Assembly (NCBI GenBank): GCA_000934665.2
Contig: KZ538037.1
Span: 62,001 to 126,000 of the forward strand
Reading direction: 5' to 3'
Length of the DNA stretch: 64,000 bases
Source: Catajapyx aquilonaris
Lineage: Eukaryota
The position numbers were made by a program, and so were the translations under genes. Positions 1 through 12,512 of the stretch are shown here, piece after piece. How positions within the stretch are numbered: the stretch's first letter is position 1; each line of letters starts with the position of its first letter. A model generated the notes under the pieces. The model was given only the letters and a program-made list of their open reading frames with translations, ran no database searches and had not been told where the DNA came from.

Positions 1-2764
1 ATATGAAATTGGGAGCTTCCGAACTATAAATAGCAAGCTCATTAAGCTTCGGAGCGTGAAAGAGCAGCGGGACGTGTTATAGTGTGAGCTTTTCGTGCAA
101 GGAATACAACTTGAGAGTAATCAGCTTATATGTTATTAAGATAAGCGATGAAGCAAACATACTCAACGCGCAAACTCTTGTTCAAGCAAAAAAAATATAT
201 GGAAGTAAAATGGCAAAACCTTACTTAGAATCCCTAGAGTATGAAGCTGAATATTCATGCCACACGGATTGCTGCTCAAGTGGATCTTAAAATTGGAACG
301 CACGTTTTTAGTGACCACAAAGTTCGGTTAGTTGGTAGATGATCGCAATTATTTCTCCCAAATTTTCCTGTAATTCCAGAGTCGCTCAATTTGGCTCAGA
401 ACTGCGGTTCTTCTTATATAGGCCCCCCCCTCTATACATAAACTGGACAATGGTGTACAGTGGGAGGTGGTGGTATAGACCGAATGGTGCAGAAAGACGT
501 CATAAAAGAACCTCAGCGAAGAAAAGCCGGACCGTTGGCAGCATCGGAGTGGGAGGCTATTAATTTGGGCCTGGCCTGGCCATTTGCCGCAGCATGGCGG
601 CCATTTTGGATGAGAGAAGCTGTTGGTCCAGGGGAAGCAGCAGCACAACCTAGTGCTAACAGCTAAAGAGCCCACCAGCACGTTCTGCACTTTTTTTCCC
701 CCTCCCCTTCTACCTCCTCCCTAGGCCCCATCAACCTACCCCTTTACCACCCCCTTCTTCTTCTTCTACTCCTCCTCTCTTCCTCTTTGCTTGTGCCAGA
801 ACCATTTGGTCGGGCGGGAATCGATTCGTCCCGCGGCCATAAAGGGGAGCCCGCTGTTGCAAAGGCGATTATTTCCCCAAATGGGCGTTAGGAAGAAACG
901 CCGCCCAAGGACATTTCCTCGGCGGAAAAAGCTCTTTTTTGGGCCCAGGGTATATAGGATGGAGGCAGAGGGAGGAATGAGGGGTGGGGGGGATGGAGAC
1001 CAGAGAGGCACTTTGGCCAGGGCCTGGGTTTTTTGCAGCTAAAGCTCCTCCTCGGAGAGATAGCACGTCTTTTGCTGCAGGTCTATACACGTTCGGTACA
1101 CTCACCAGGGCGAGCTTATCTTGGGTCCGGGGTGAGAGGGTTCCATTTTTATATAGGACCAGCGGCTATGTGGATTCAAATCGGGTCATTTTTAAGGAGA
1201 TATGGCTATGCAGCGAGAAGAAAAAAAAATTACCGAATTAAGGTAACCAATAGCCTAATTGAACTCCTTTAGAAAGAAACTAGGGGGGGATGATGAATGA
1301 AACTTTTTTATGTTGAATGAACCCTCCTCCGTGTCATAACTTGAACGTTGTATAGGTTGTGAATGAAAAATGGACAATTAGGCACCATTCATTCGCGGAA
1401 GCACAAAGTGTATAAATACCATCAAGTGGTAGTACGCATGAATCTGTCGATTAACGTATTAGATTGCCGGTCGATTAGCAAAGTCGACGATTGATTTAGT
1501 GCGACCTGCACCCTTGAACAAAGTCTGTTAGGGTCCATTTTCAGGTTATTGCAATCACTTTCAAGATGTTATAGGCCGTTAAAATGAGTATAAATGGACA
1601 TTTATGCTTATTTTCTTGGTGTGTTTGCTACAGACGTTGGATTCTACAGTGCAACACTTCGTGCTGGTGTGTATGCCTTTTTTGTGTGTGTCACATGAGA
1701 AGCAGAGTGCATTGGCTCGAAATTGCTACTGAGCCTAAACTCAGGACGTGTAATTGCTTCTTTGCTGCTTGCGTATGTTTATTACTAGAAGAGACGCTTC
1801 TCGAGGGAAATTGTTGATAAATGTGCCATTTTCGCAACACGATACTATGCCGTTTCTAACACATATGGGATCATATATCCCGATTATTATTATTATTATT
1901 ATTGATCTTTAGGCTGATTATGAAAATTGTGGATTATCTTAATAAAGCTCAATGCTCAATGCCTGGTGGCACATGTATACAATGTTAAAATGTGTTGGTG
2001 GAGGGTGGGTATAAAATGTAGACTCTCATTTTTATAGCCTTTAAATGGAAAATTTGAAGCTTACATTTTCTGCACATATGCATTTTATTATATGTAAATA
2101 TTCTGCAGACTGTTTTGGACCATCAGCAATTCCGAACGGTACATCACGCAAGTGTACCAAACAAGTGCAGATGTGTTGATCCGCAGTTCCAGCGACAGAA
2201 ATTATAATCATAACTTTATAAAATTTCTCATTGGTTTCATTTCGAAATGTTTCAAAAATATTTCCCAGAGTGAAGATATAGTAACAAATAAGATGCCTTT
2301 AGGCACAAAGAATTTTGATTGACAAATTGCATAACAGTGTAAATTGAAAAGTGACAGCTACAATATTATTAGGGTCAAGATATTAAAAATTTGGAATTTT
2401 TTGGACTTCAAAGGGCCACTGGAAAAGACTGGAAAGTGCAGGAATGTTTGATCTTCATTTTTATAGCAATAGTAGCTTATAATGTCAAATTTCAAGGTGC
2501 ATGTTGTCCTTTAACAATATTCATTGGAATCGATGGTTGCGCTTAACTTTCTGCATAGTGTAGCTTGGGGCATTACGATAATGATCCATAACCTCATCAA
2601 TTTTATTAGGCGTCAATTTTTGTAAAGAAGATGCAACTTTAAAAATGAGATCTCATAAACTGTTATTTAAAAATTCCATACAGCATATTTGGTTAACTTC
2701 CAATCTCTTCCTGCGGTCCATTGAAATTTAAGAAATATTTCGATGCGATATTTCGACTGCTGTA

Positions 2765-3130
2765 TCTCAGTTGATTTTAACTGTTTGCAAATCTACGAGT
2801 AGCTTCCACTTTTCCCATTCACACTCTTATGCACCTTTTAGACCAAAGTTCTTCGTGCACGGAACCAAATGGCTGTCTTACACATGCGATACATGTTTTG
2901 TTAGCATCCTCTTCAGTTTAATTTTTGAGTGTTCATCTTTCTTCCCTTTCACCTGATGAGATTTTCGCACTTCGAAACCTTCATGGTTCAGCTACATCAA
3001 GACATGATCAAGGGTTCATACTTTAAAGTGAAAAAGATTCAACGACGCTGATTCCAGATACACTGACTTAACTTTGAAACTGCACATATCCACATTCAAT
3101 GTACTCCTCTTCAGAATTTATCCCAAATTT
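2765..3130 (-). pseudogene. Heavily decayed Cys/His-rich coding relic resembling tandem PHD zinc fingers, probably part of an old transposon ORF
   Basis: Manual minus-strand translation with several frameshifts gives ..EEEYIECG/CAVSKLSQC../LFH../SCLDVAEP*RFRSAK.. and then ..EEDANKTCIAC/DSHLVPCTKNFGLK/VHKSVNGKSGSYS*ICKQ.. This spacing resembles C4HC3, but stops and frameshifts are needed and no search was run. Confidence 0.25.
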
Positions 3131-5695
3131 TGTGAGCTCAGACTGCATGTGTAAATGAAGCTTTAGCTTTCCCTCTCATTCTTTATTTGATCTTCTCCCT
3201 CTTTCTCCACCTTAGCATCCTCAGGACCTTAGTTGCTTTTTTTTTGCTCTCACCAAACATAAAAGCGGCTTATGTTGTATTTATTTGACTGAAGTGTTGG
3301 CATGTCTGAGTATTTATTTTGTCCAGAGATTTCAACATTGTCTGAGGTTCGGTTGCACTGCATCCAAGAAAATCTTTTCAGTTGGTTACTCATTGTTGAC
3401 AACAATGAATGCGGAACGTTTTTGTGAATCCATGCAGTGTATCTTTATGCTTTCAAAAAAATACATCATTATCATCAGATATATGATTCTTGGAGCAAAA
3501 TCCAAATTCAATGCTTAGCAGTGTTAGCTAACCTGCGTGACTCTTTTAGCTCACTGAATGCCGACGGTTTTGATAGAAATGTCTCTCGTATATTCACTAG
3601 CATCAAATGAAAGTTTCTGACGGAGGGAACGCTATAAGGATACCGAATCCAAGAAAGCGCAAAGGAAGGGGAGGCGAGGCCCATCCATTTGGATGCACTC
3701 TGCCAGCTTTATTTGTAATCAGTGCACATCACGTCCGATTATAGTGCCCCATAAAAGCCTAACAGGGATGGCTTCTGCATTGACCTGCACCTATATAGGT
3801 CTCCTGCATGTCGGCTCCCGACTTGATATATGAAGCACTTTGCCAGGAGACACTCTGCGTTCTGCATATTTTCGATAACCGAAGAAGCATCCAGCAGATG
3901 AGCCACAGCCAGCCAGAGACCTACATATAGGGAATGTAACCACTACTGATTATTACTTTAGGCCTACTCGACTGAATATTAGTGTTTGCAAAATCCTTTG
4001 CAGTAACATTACTGCTGTACTGCGTTCAAGAAAATGGAAAACAGATAATTTCCGAATTACCTGCTATGTCTGAGAATTAACCACAATTGATAGTCATTAG
4101 TGCAAAGGGTCACTATGAAACGTGATAGCTACCCACGTAATATTTATGTCGCATGGCTTTGTGGACAATCGGACAGGTGCAAATAGCGCATAAAGTGGCA
4201 GCTAAGGGTTAAGGTTTGTGGACGGTAACGTTAGTTGTCTTGCTGTGAATCGGAGGCGATGAATGAAGGCCCTCCGCATCCTATCAGATTTAATGAGGCT
4301 AATTGAACAAGCAGCCACACATGCTTCACACGTCCCACGAAAGAGTGGATGTAAATCTGAACTCTTAGCAGTTTCCATTGATGTTTATGCGGGGATACTA
4401 ACTCGGCAGATAACGTTTTGATGAGCACACGAGTAGGTGTTGGCAGTTTTAGAAAGGAAGGGGCAGGATAGGATGATGTCGTTACATCTCCCAACGGGCT
4501 GTCCGAGAAGACAATGGTCCATTGAGGGATATATTTCTTCCTTCATGGGACGCTAAGGTGATGGTAGTGATTACATTGTGGGGGGGATTGTCCAACAAAC
4601 TCGTCCATTTATTCACACGCAATGTAATAGTCCCAGGGAAACCCTTCACAAAATCTATATTCAGAACTTTTCTACATATCTGAACCGGATTTTACGAGGC
4701 CGTGCAATTGACACGTTCATGCTTCATATCGGACAGTTGCCCAGGAATAATCATCATTTTGTTTGTAACACATCAGCTGCGTACTCTTAATTGGAGTAAT
4801 TTCTCAGCAAGGTACTATAACAGGATTCCTTGTTAGTTAGCGTAAACGGACGTCGCCTGGGGTATAAGGTTGGGCCAAGGCTTGAAAATGGCATCAGCAA
4901 GATGTTATATGATTCCCATCCAATTGCCTTCCACAGATTTTCCTCCTTAATAATAATAAATGCCAATACATTAAGAGGCCCCTCGCGGTAGAACCTGTTC
5001 TTACTGACAACTTTATTACACCTGCCCACCTGTCCCAAATTGCACCAATCAGAAGACTAATTATCATTCACCCTCAGGAATCAATCCGTCGGACCATCAG
5101 AAAATCGTAAAATTGTCGCCTAAAACCAGGCTCAATTGGCGACATTTTAAAAATAATGTCTGATTTGATAGTTAGAACCGAATCAGCACATGTCATATTT
5201 TTTTGTAGAAAATAGGACTATAAAACTGGGTCCAATTAACAAGGAAGGGATTCACGCGAGCAGGTGCTCTGAGGAGTATCTAATGTATCTTCATCAGAGA
5301 CGAGTCTTCCGGTGGGAAACGAGTTACATACAATTATTTTGAACCTGTCACCGCTTTTCATGGGCTCACTTTATAGCGCATTTATTTAATGAGTAATGGT
5401 ATATGTTTAAGGTTTATGGCGCACGCTAGGCTAAACATGGATGAAAAAGGGAGAGGAGATTGAGAGCATTATGCTATGGAAGTGCATGCTCCTAAATTAT
5501 ATTTCACTTTGTGTGTACACATTAACAACTGAACAGAGGGCATGTACCGGAAAATGAAGTTGGAAATGTCAAGAATATTTGTTGAAGGTTGCATCAAAGG
5601 AATGATTAGTCGCGTGTGGCTTAAGCATATTAATTCACAGACCATTAATTAGCTCCGGTTAATCATGGCAACTGCCTTAGGGGCGCTAATGAATT

Positions 5696-5715
5696 CAGCT
5701 GACCAATAGACCAAT
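5696..5715 (+). promoter_or_regulatory. E-box (CAGCTG) directly followed by two CCAAT boxes
   Basis: CAGCTGACCAATAGACCAAT seen directly; function inferred only. Confidence 0.25.
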
Positions 5716-6127
5716 CCGGCTTCTGCCACGCGAACACCCAGTCTTGTTCACCTTGATCAGAATTGTGTATGTGAGTGTGTGATGCACTTGTCGACAAGTG
5801 TGGGAGGTACCTGCATTATCTGAACCAATGGAGAAACGCACAGCACAAGGAAATCGAACCGGACGTCGATCAAGAGGTGACTTTTTTGACGTAAGCTTTG
5901 GCTGATATATTGGTTGGGCAGGTCTCCATCGAATACACGTAACGCATTCCTTGCTAGGGGGCATACATTGAGAATGTAGAACAATAACAAATGAAGCAGA
6001 GGAAAAAAGGGAATTGCATGATAATACTTCTTGTTTGGTTCTAACCCCTGATAAAGCACACTCCGGCCTTGTCGGTGTGTGTGTGCAACAAGGAGGATAA
6101 AAAGCAGCCATTTTTGTTCCATTCCAG

Positions 6128-6207
6128 CAGCAGAAGCAGCAACTGCTGGCGTTGGGTCACCAGTTGACACCTTCCTGCTTCAGCTATTGTCATCGTCTCC
6201 TCCATTG
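6128..6207 (+). other. Candidate internal exon, coding status unknown
   Basis: Pyrimidine tract plus acceptor TTTTTGTTCCATTCCAG| (followed by CAGCAG, a NAGNAG site) and consensus donor G|GTAAGT at 6208-6213. Two frames are open but neither peptide is recognised. Confidence 0.3.
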
Positions 6208-9200
6208 GTAAGTTTTGGATATTGAAATATAATTTGCCACCAGAGTGCGGATTAGCGCATAACGGTCGTGGGAGTAGGACAGTCTGGCCCATTGTCTCAG
6301 GTGAGCAATGAGGCCTGTGGGAGTGATTCAGAGAGATTTGTGACCCGTGACGCGTGCTAGAAACCGGCATCATCAGCAGACTGATTCAAAAGCAGAAATT
6401 TTTTTGGCTACTAGCCGTTGGTTTTAGTCCCGGTTTTCGTGTGAGTTTTGATCATGATTTCCCGCTTTGAAAACCGGCTTGTTTCCGCCACCTTGCCACC
6501 TTGAAATCAAAAAAATTCAGATTGGCCATCAACTGCTAAGAATGCACATTAGGAAGCAAAATATACACACGTCTTTAGTGTGCAGTAACACGTGGGTAAT
6601 ATGAAGAAAAGATATTGTCACCTAGTTTCGCAGGTCTGTTTATGAAAGTTGCACGTGGCGTATTTGATGTTGTTTCACTGCCTATTAACCGTCAATTAGG
6701 AGACGATAAAACCCCGTGCTTCTGGAATCTTTTATAAAATACAGAGGCCCCGGCTAATTTTCCAGTAAGTGGCGGTGGGCAGCCCAAGGCCGTTAATATA
6801 TAGGACGAAGCTCACAAGTGGATCGCTGTAAATGCTTACGGCCCACCCACCAATCAGCGATCGTTAATACGTCTGCTTCCAAGTGCTTATGAATGCTTGG
6901 GGGTGCTAGAAAATATGTTTCCGACATAGTGCGACCAACTAATTGAAGCAGGTCTGAGAGATCAATCGTGTAAGCCTGACCATAAATTCAACGGGAAATG
7001 TATTTCATGTCCTTGCATGGTATTACAGTCACGCAGCGTCACGTCGTCACATGTGTGGCCCAAACCTGCTGAAAAATCGTAATCGCAATATGGAATCATT
7101 ACAAAAGGTCAGTGCACAATGCGAAGGTGCACTGGGCATATTTATACAGAGATGACACGGTTTGAAAGGAGCGAGAACCTTGAGATGAAGCGATATGCTT
7201 TGCGTGAACCATCCAACAGAAGGCGATTACAATCCAGCGGTAGGCAGATTAGGATATGGATTGTTGTTGGCGGGTAAGAGAGCGGAAGTGGATCCAGTTT
7301 CTGCAACGGGGAAAAAGAAAGGGGCGCCAGGGACAGAACGGACACAAACAGATGACGGTCAGTCAGGTGTGGGTGTGTGGTAGCAGGTAGGGGCGGGCAC
7401 ACGGACCAATTAATGGGAGTCATGCGCTACTTATCAGTGTGAATCGGCCACGGGAGGAAGCCTCGCTGACCGAACAAAGACCTAGTTCGACGACCTAATG
7501 CATTTTCATAATATGAGTTTTTATCATGTACATTCTCACGTAGCATAAATATTGGCACCACGATATTGGTTGATTGCTTTCAGGACGTCATTAGCCATCA
7601 AGCGTGACGTCCCGTTACAGATTCGTATCTGCAAGCAAAAAAAATAAACAAACAAAAAAAACAGGTCTCCTTACCCTAGGCGAAGCAATTGGTCTATAAG
7701 TGATTGTAGGCGGTTTTGTCGTGTTTAGCATATAGATGGAAAGAGTGATTTTTTTTGTTGCCCGCCCCCTATTTTACCACGGCTAGCCCCTTGCTTTATG
7801 TTTCACGCACGCAATGTCTGTGGAGCAATTTGACAAATTATTTATCTGCCTTCCACAATGCTATTAGGCTTCTGGAAGTGATAACGTGTTCATGGCGAGC
7901 CTTTTTTGTTCCACTATAATAGTGGGAGGTGTTATGAAGGGCAAAAAAATTCGGGCAAAAAATGGAGCATTTACATGAGCTGGTGCGAAATATTACAAAA
8001 AATGAAGAACATACCATGTGTTCTATTCATCAGTAGATTAATGTGCGTTTGGCGGAAACCATTTTTGGCTACGCTTTCAAAGCAGGAGACCCTGCACTTT
8101 TACCTACTTTCCGAGGCGTTTATCTGCTGAAGGATAGGTGTGTATCCGCTGAGGATAGGTTTGTATCCACAGGGAAGGAAGGTTAGGTCACAGGGTAGGT
8201 TGATGCAGCGTGACCCTACTCCTGCCACCTTAAGTCTCCCATTACGAAAGTCCTTCCCAATTTTTGTACATATTAACATGTATGGTGAAATATGTAATGA
8301 GGTTTGTGTACCCTCAAGTTGGAAGGGACAGCAGGTAGATATGAAAACCTCATTGTCAGTGGTGCGAGGAATGTAGGGCCTCACAGTGGAAAGCTCTGAC
8401 AAGCACCCCTTCCGTGTACTGCAGCCTCGCCTTCCCAAACTACTGTACTAATTGGGGGGAGGGGGAGCAATTAATTGCCAGGTCTATTAATGCTTAAGTT
8501 GTGGGAATAAAAAGGAAGGGGGCAGGGGGGGGGTAGGGAAGGGGGGGAAGGAAGTGTGACGGGCGCAGTCAGAACACGCCTCTGTATCTGCACGCGAACC
8601 TCTTCCCCTTCCATTCATTAAGCCCCTGCCACCTGTGCGTGCCCTACACACATTCGAACTCATATGTCTCTTCTATGTACAAGGTGGTTCACAAGTGACT
8701 TCATTGCCTATTCTGATAACTTCATTGCATCTTGGGTCTTATTTGTCATTTGTATATGTAATATTTGCTATCCCAACATGTTGGCCATAGTGCAACGAGT
8801 TTAGTCACAGCCACTAGTTATGCATGTAGGGATAGGGTAGATTTAGGCGAGGGACGGGGAGGGATGGAATTTGCATTTTATTTAGGCCATTAGAATGTTG
8901 GTGGACGCAGCGCCTGGGTGCTGAGAGCGCCCGGTTTATGGTAAGTGGTCGGACGGCTTTTAATTGAAGTTGCCTTCCAGCAGGAGGCTCTACCACCACC
9001 ACCACTATCAAGCCCCTTTTAGACCCAGGGGTAGTTGGTCGGGTAGTAAGGGTTGGGGGATATGAGGGAGAGGGGGGGGGGGTCTCGGGTTATGTCGTTG
9101 GATGGAGATACACAGCCCAGAGAGGGCTTAATGGAATGCAAAAGGAGGGATGGGAGCTTTCCACCAGGACATGATTTATATCCTGGAGTGTATGTAACCA

Positions 9201-10602
9201 GGCACACAGGTAGAATTTTCGCTTGAGTCTGGAACAGTTTTTTTTTCCAGGCTCAGTGGGTGGGTGGGTGTAGAAAAGCTATATCTGGTCTGGTGAAGGG
9301 AAGATAATTTGGAAAGGCTGCTTGATGAAAGGTTAGCTTCATGAGCCTGGAAGATTGCGGCCGTAACTCTGGCCATTTTGCTGGGGACTAACCAAATCTG
9401 CTGATATAGGGCTGGGCTTGGGTGGGAGGGGGGGGGGGCTGATCTTATTGCAGCAGCCTCAGAGCTTAGCATAGAGAGAAGGGCTTCCTCCATTGTTTCT
9501 TGGCTTAAACCCCCTCCAGCCACTATGAATAGAGTTGATTGGGCTGCAAGAGATGAGTTGGGAGATAAAATCAACGCTCTGGCGCCTTGTAATTGGAGTC
9601 CCTTGTTTTGTAACTGGTTTTGCACAGGCTATGGCGCGATGTTCAACTCCATTTTGTTGTCCCCCTATCACCTCCCCCTCCGTCGTCCTTCTCCAAACTT
9701 AGGATAATGAGTCGGCACTTTCATCTGATTATCTCTTACTCTTGCGTTTTCTGTCCCTTCTTCTCACCCGGAATGAGAATTACGATGTTGCCAATAATTA
9801 TGCTGCTACCGCGATAAAGTTAATGGCTGTTTTATGGAAACAATGACTCAAAGTTATGGGTGATTTCACTTGCTTCATTTGGACGTTGGCGAAGAGATAC
9901 TTGCAAATAATCGCACGCACGATTCCCCCGTTCGAGGCTTTTTCGCGGGGAGATTCAGCTGCTGCCATTGGCTGACTGCCTGGTCCCTAGCTCACTGGAA
10001 TGCAAATGTAGACAGACACATAGGCCTATTTGGCACACAATTTGGTTGCAGCTAGTGCTGGCCTCTATATCAATTTCCTGAGCAAGCTTAGCACACATGG
10101 GGTCCAGAATCCATAGCATGCCAACTGGGTCTGTAAATTTCTCAGAGTCCGTAAGCTCCTAAAAGATGACGTTACGGCGCACTTGAGCAGACTTTTACCA
10201 TTTGGAACATCACATATCCTGTCACTTGCGGCTGAAGAGAAACTTCCTCACGTTGGGTTACGCATATGGAGAACGGTAGACTATATAGTTTAGGATGGGG
10301 AAAAAAAAAAGAAAACCAATTTGATACTGTGCAGCTTTCTCCTCCACTGCACACCCCCCTGCCAAATTACAGTAGTTTCCCCACACATATACAGCCATAA
10401 AAATAGCTCCATTTGTCATAAACCATTGCGTAACTGCACGGCAACAAATGGCCATCTGGCACAGCCAATCTCTTCCATCCAGGAACAATTTCCCGATTGG
10501 AAATGGGCTTCACAAAGCGCGGCATATTGGAAACTGTTTGTGCATTTCAAGAAGGGTGGGGATATCGCAGATCGAGCCATGCATTTTCCCAGTTCTATTA
10601 CA

Positions 10603-10730
10603 CAGGGTGTCCCAAAAAAAGAGTGAGCAAGGGTTGGATTGGTGGTAACCACATGTAAGGATTTTTGAATAATAAAATTTTGTGGAGTGAATTGGCAAAA
10701 TATGAAATAATTAATATTTTCAATGTTGCC
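10603..10730. mobile_element. Solo end remnant of a Tc1/mariner-type element
   Basis: CAGGGTGTCCCAAAAAA terminus like the other CAGGGTG-ended elements in this window, followed by AT-rich sequence. No partner TIR found; right boundary approximate. Confidence 0.3.
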
Positions 10731-11376
10731 CACGAGAGTTAATTACAGGTAGCCTATATAAGAGAGATTGCAGAATCAGTTGGTCCCTAATAAAGTAAGG
10801 AATTGTTACAGATGTGCAATAAATTGCATGCCATTTTTGTCATGTAAGTTCGTGAAACCACGCCACTGCCCGTCGTTATTGTGTTGTCATCGCCTTTATA
10901 GGCCTACCTAGAAATGACGTCTGTACACTACTGAAAAATATCAGCGGAAATACTACACACGCAACCACATACTTGAACTCATGATAACTCTCAAGTACAA
11001 CAATGGCTCTTTAACAGTCACCTGTGCGTCATATTTTTTGGTATCAGTCACTTTCTCCCTAGTTAATTAATTTAAATGACAATCAGTAGCTAACGACGAT
11101 AGACGTTCAAAAGCAGGCACAAGTCGCATTCGAATCCCATGAGATATGTAGCCTACGTCGTGCAAGCAGAGAAAATGGCACCTGAAATGCCAGTAAAAGA
11201 CGCAGTTGTGAAACGTGCCAGACAAGGGATGTGGAAAGGGAATGCAATCCTCTTAACTGCCGAAAACAATGGGTAAATTGTGAAGTCTGAAAGAGTGGTT
11301 GGCGGCATTGCCCGAAGTTTTAATGACCAAAAAGGCCTGAACGAGCTATGTCTTCGTTGACCTCAAAATTGCAAAC

Positions 11377-11377
<1 letters not shown>

Positions 11378-11448
<71 letters not shown>
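11378..11448. repeat. (TAA)n microsatellite, ~23 units
   Basis: Perfect TAA run; it produces the poly-Tyr of ORF 11377..11652. Confidence 0.97.
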
Positions 11449-12283
11449 TGCAGCATATCGCACAGAATCGTAATTACTTCTCTGTGTTGCTCTTGTCAAG
11501 GATGAATAGATTTCACATGGTGATAGCGAATGCGAGCGGCACTTCCGGCCAAGTTTTGTATGTCTCCTGCTGGTTCTGCATAGGTATAAGCGAAATGATA
11601 AGAAGCTCAGTGACAGGGTGAGAAGTAGGACCGGTTGCTCACTCGTATGCATCCTGTTTCAACCGATCTCTTTTCACACTCCAGCGGTTGAGTCCAGTTC
11701 CTCGTAACGGGCCATAGACTGCGGAACATCGCACTGCACATTGTACATAACTATACACATAGGCGTAAAGGCTGGCCCAAATGGAGGCTGCCAAGAGTTC
11801 ATCAGGGATTATTAATTGACGACTCCGACGCGAGAGGTCACCAATAAAATTCAGGCGTAATTTGCGTTCTAGAGAATTTACGTTTTGCTTTGGTCATTAA
11901 TGGGAAATGGGGTGTCAGTCCTGGAAGTGAGTTTCGCACAGAAATGCAACAAGGGGACGTTTGTGGGCTCCCCCCCCCTGCCCCACCCAAACCCTGCCCA
12001 TCCACCTTCCACCCCCGCCGACCACGTAGTCACCCCCTTTTGCATGCTTGCTAGTAAAAACACACCTATACGCAGTCCAAACAGGTCTCGTGAGATTATT
12101 GGCCATCACGTCAAGTGCTTGTACTGACATCAATCTTTTTATGCTGTTCATATTGTCCAAGGGGTGACCTGTGTGTCATTCTTATGCTGTACGCATTGTC
12201 CACAGTTGGTAGACTATTGTTGGTAAATGTTCTCGACTCTACTGATTTGTATAAACTGTACGGAATAGTAGGCTGAAGATATA

Positions 12284-12512
12284 CAGGGTGGACGAACTTC
12301 AAGTGTCGTTTTATAATGGCGATTAATAGCAGTGATTTTGCGATGACGTAGCAGCGACGTGTAAAATGTCCCACTTCGGTGCCATCGGAAATATTAGCTG
12401 CCAATAGGGCAGCCAATTGGCAGCTAATATTTTCGATGGCGCCGAAGTGGGCCATTTTACACGTCGCTGCTACGTCAATCGTAAAGCGCTTCTATTAATA
12501 GCCGTTATAAAA
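12284..12512. mobile_element. Palindromic Tc1/mariner-like MITE, family A copy 1 (right end truncated)
   Basis: Starts TA|CAGGGTGG. Long imperfect inverted arms fold around CCAATAGGGCAGCCAATTGG. The right arm stops at GCCGTTATAAAA. Near-identical, in opposite orientation, to 49135-49531. Confidence 0.9.

Noticed and set aside
9019..9050. NYPWV resembling the Hox YPWM hexapeptide
   Set aside because: Val instead of Met, immediately followed by a stop, and no homeobox exon (WFQNRR-like) seen in the window.
11377..11652. ORF ending in poly-Tyr
   Set aside because: Artefact of the (TAA)n microsatellite.
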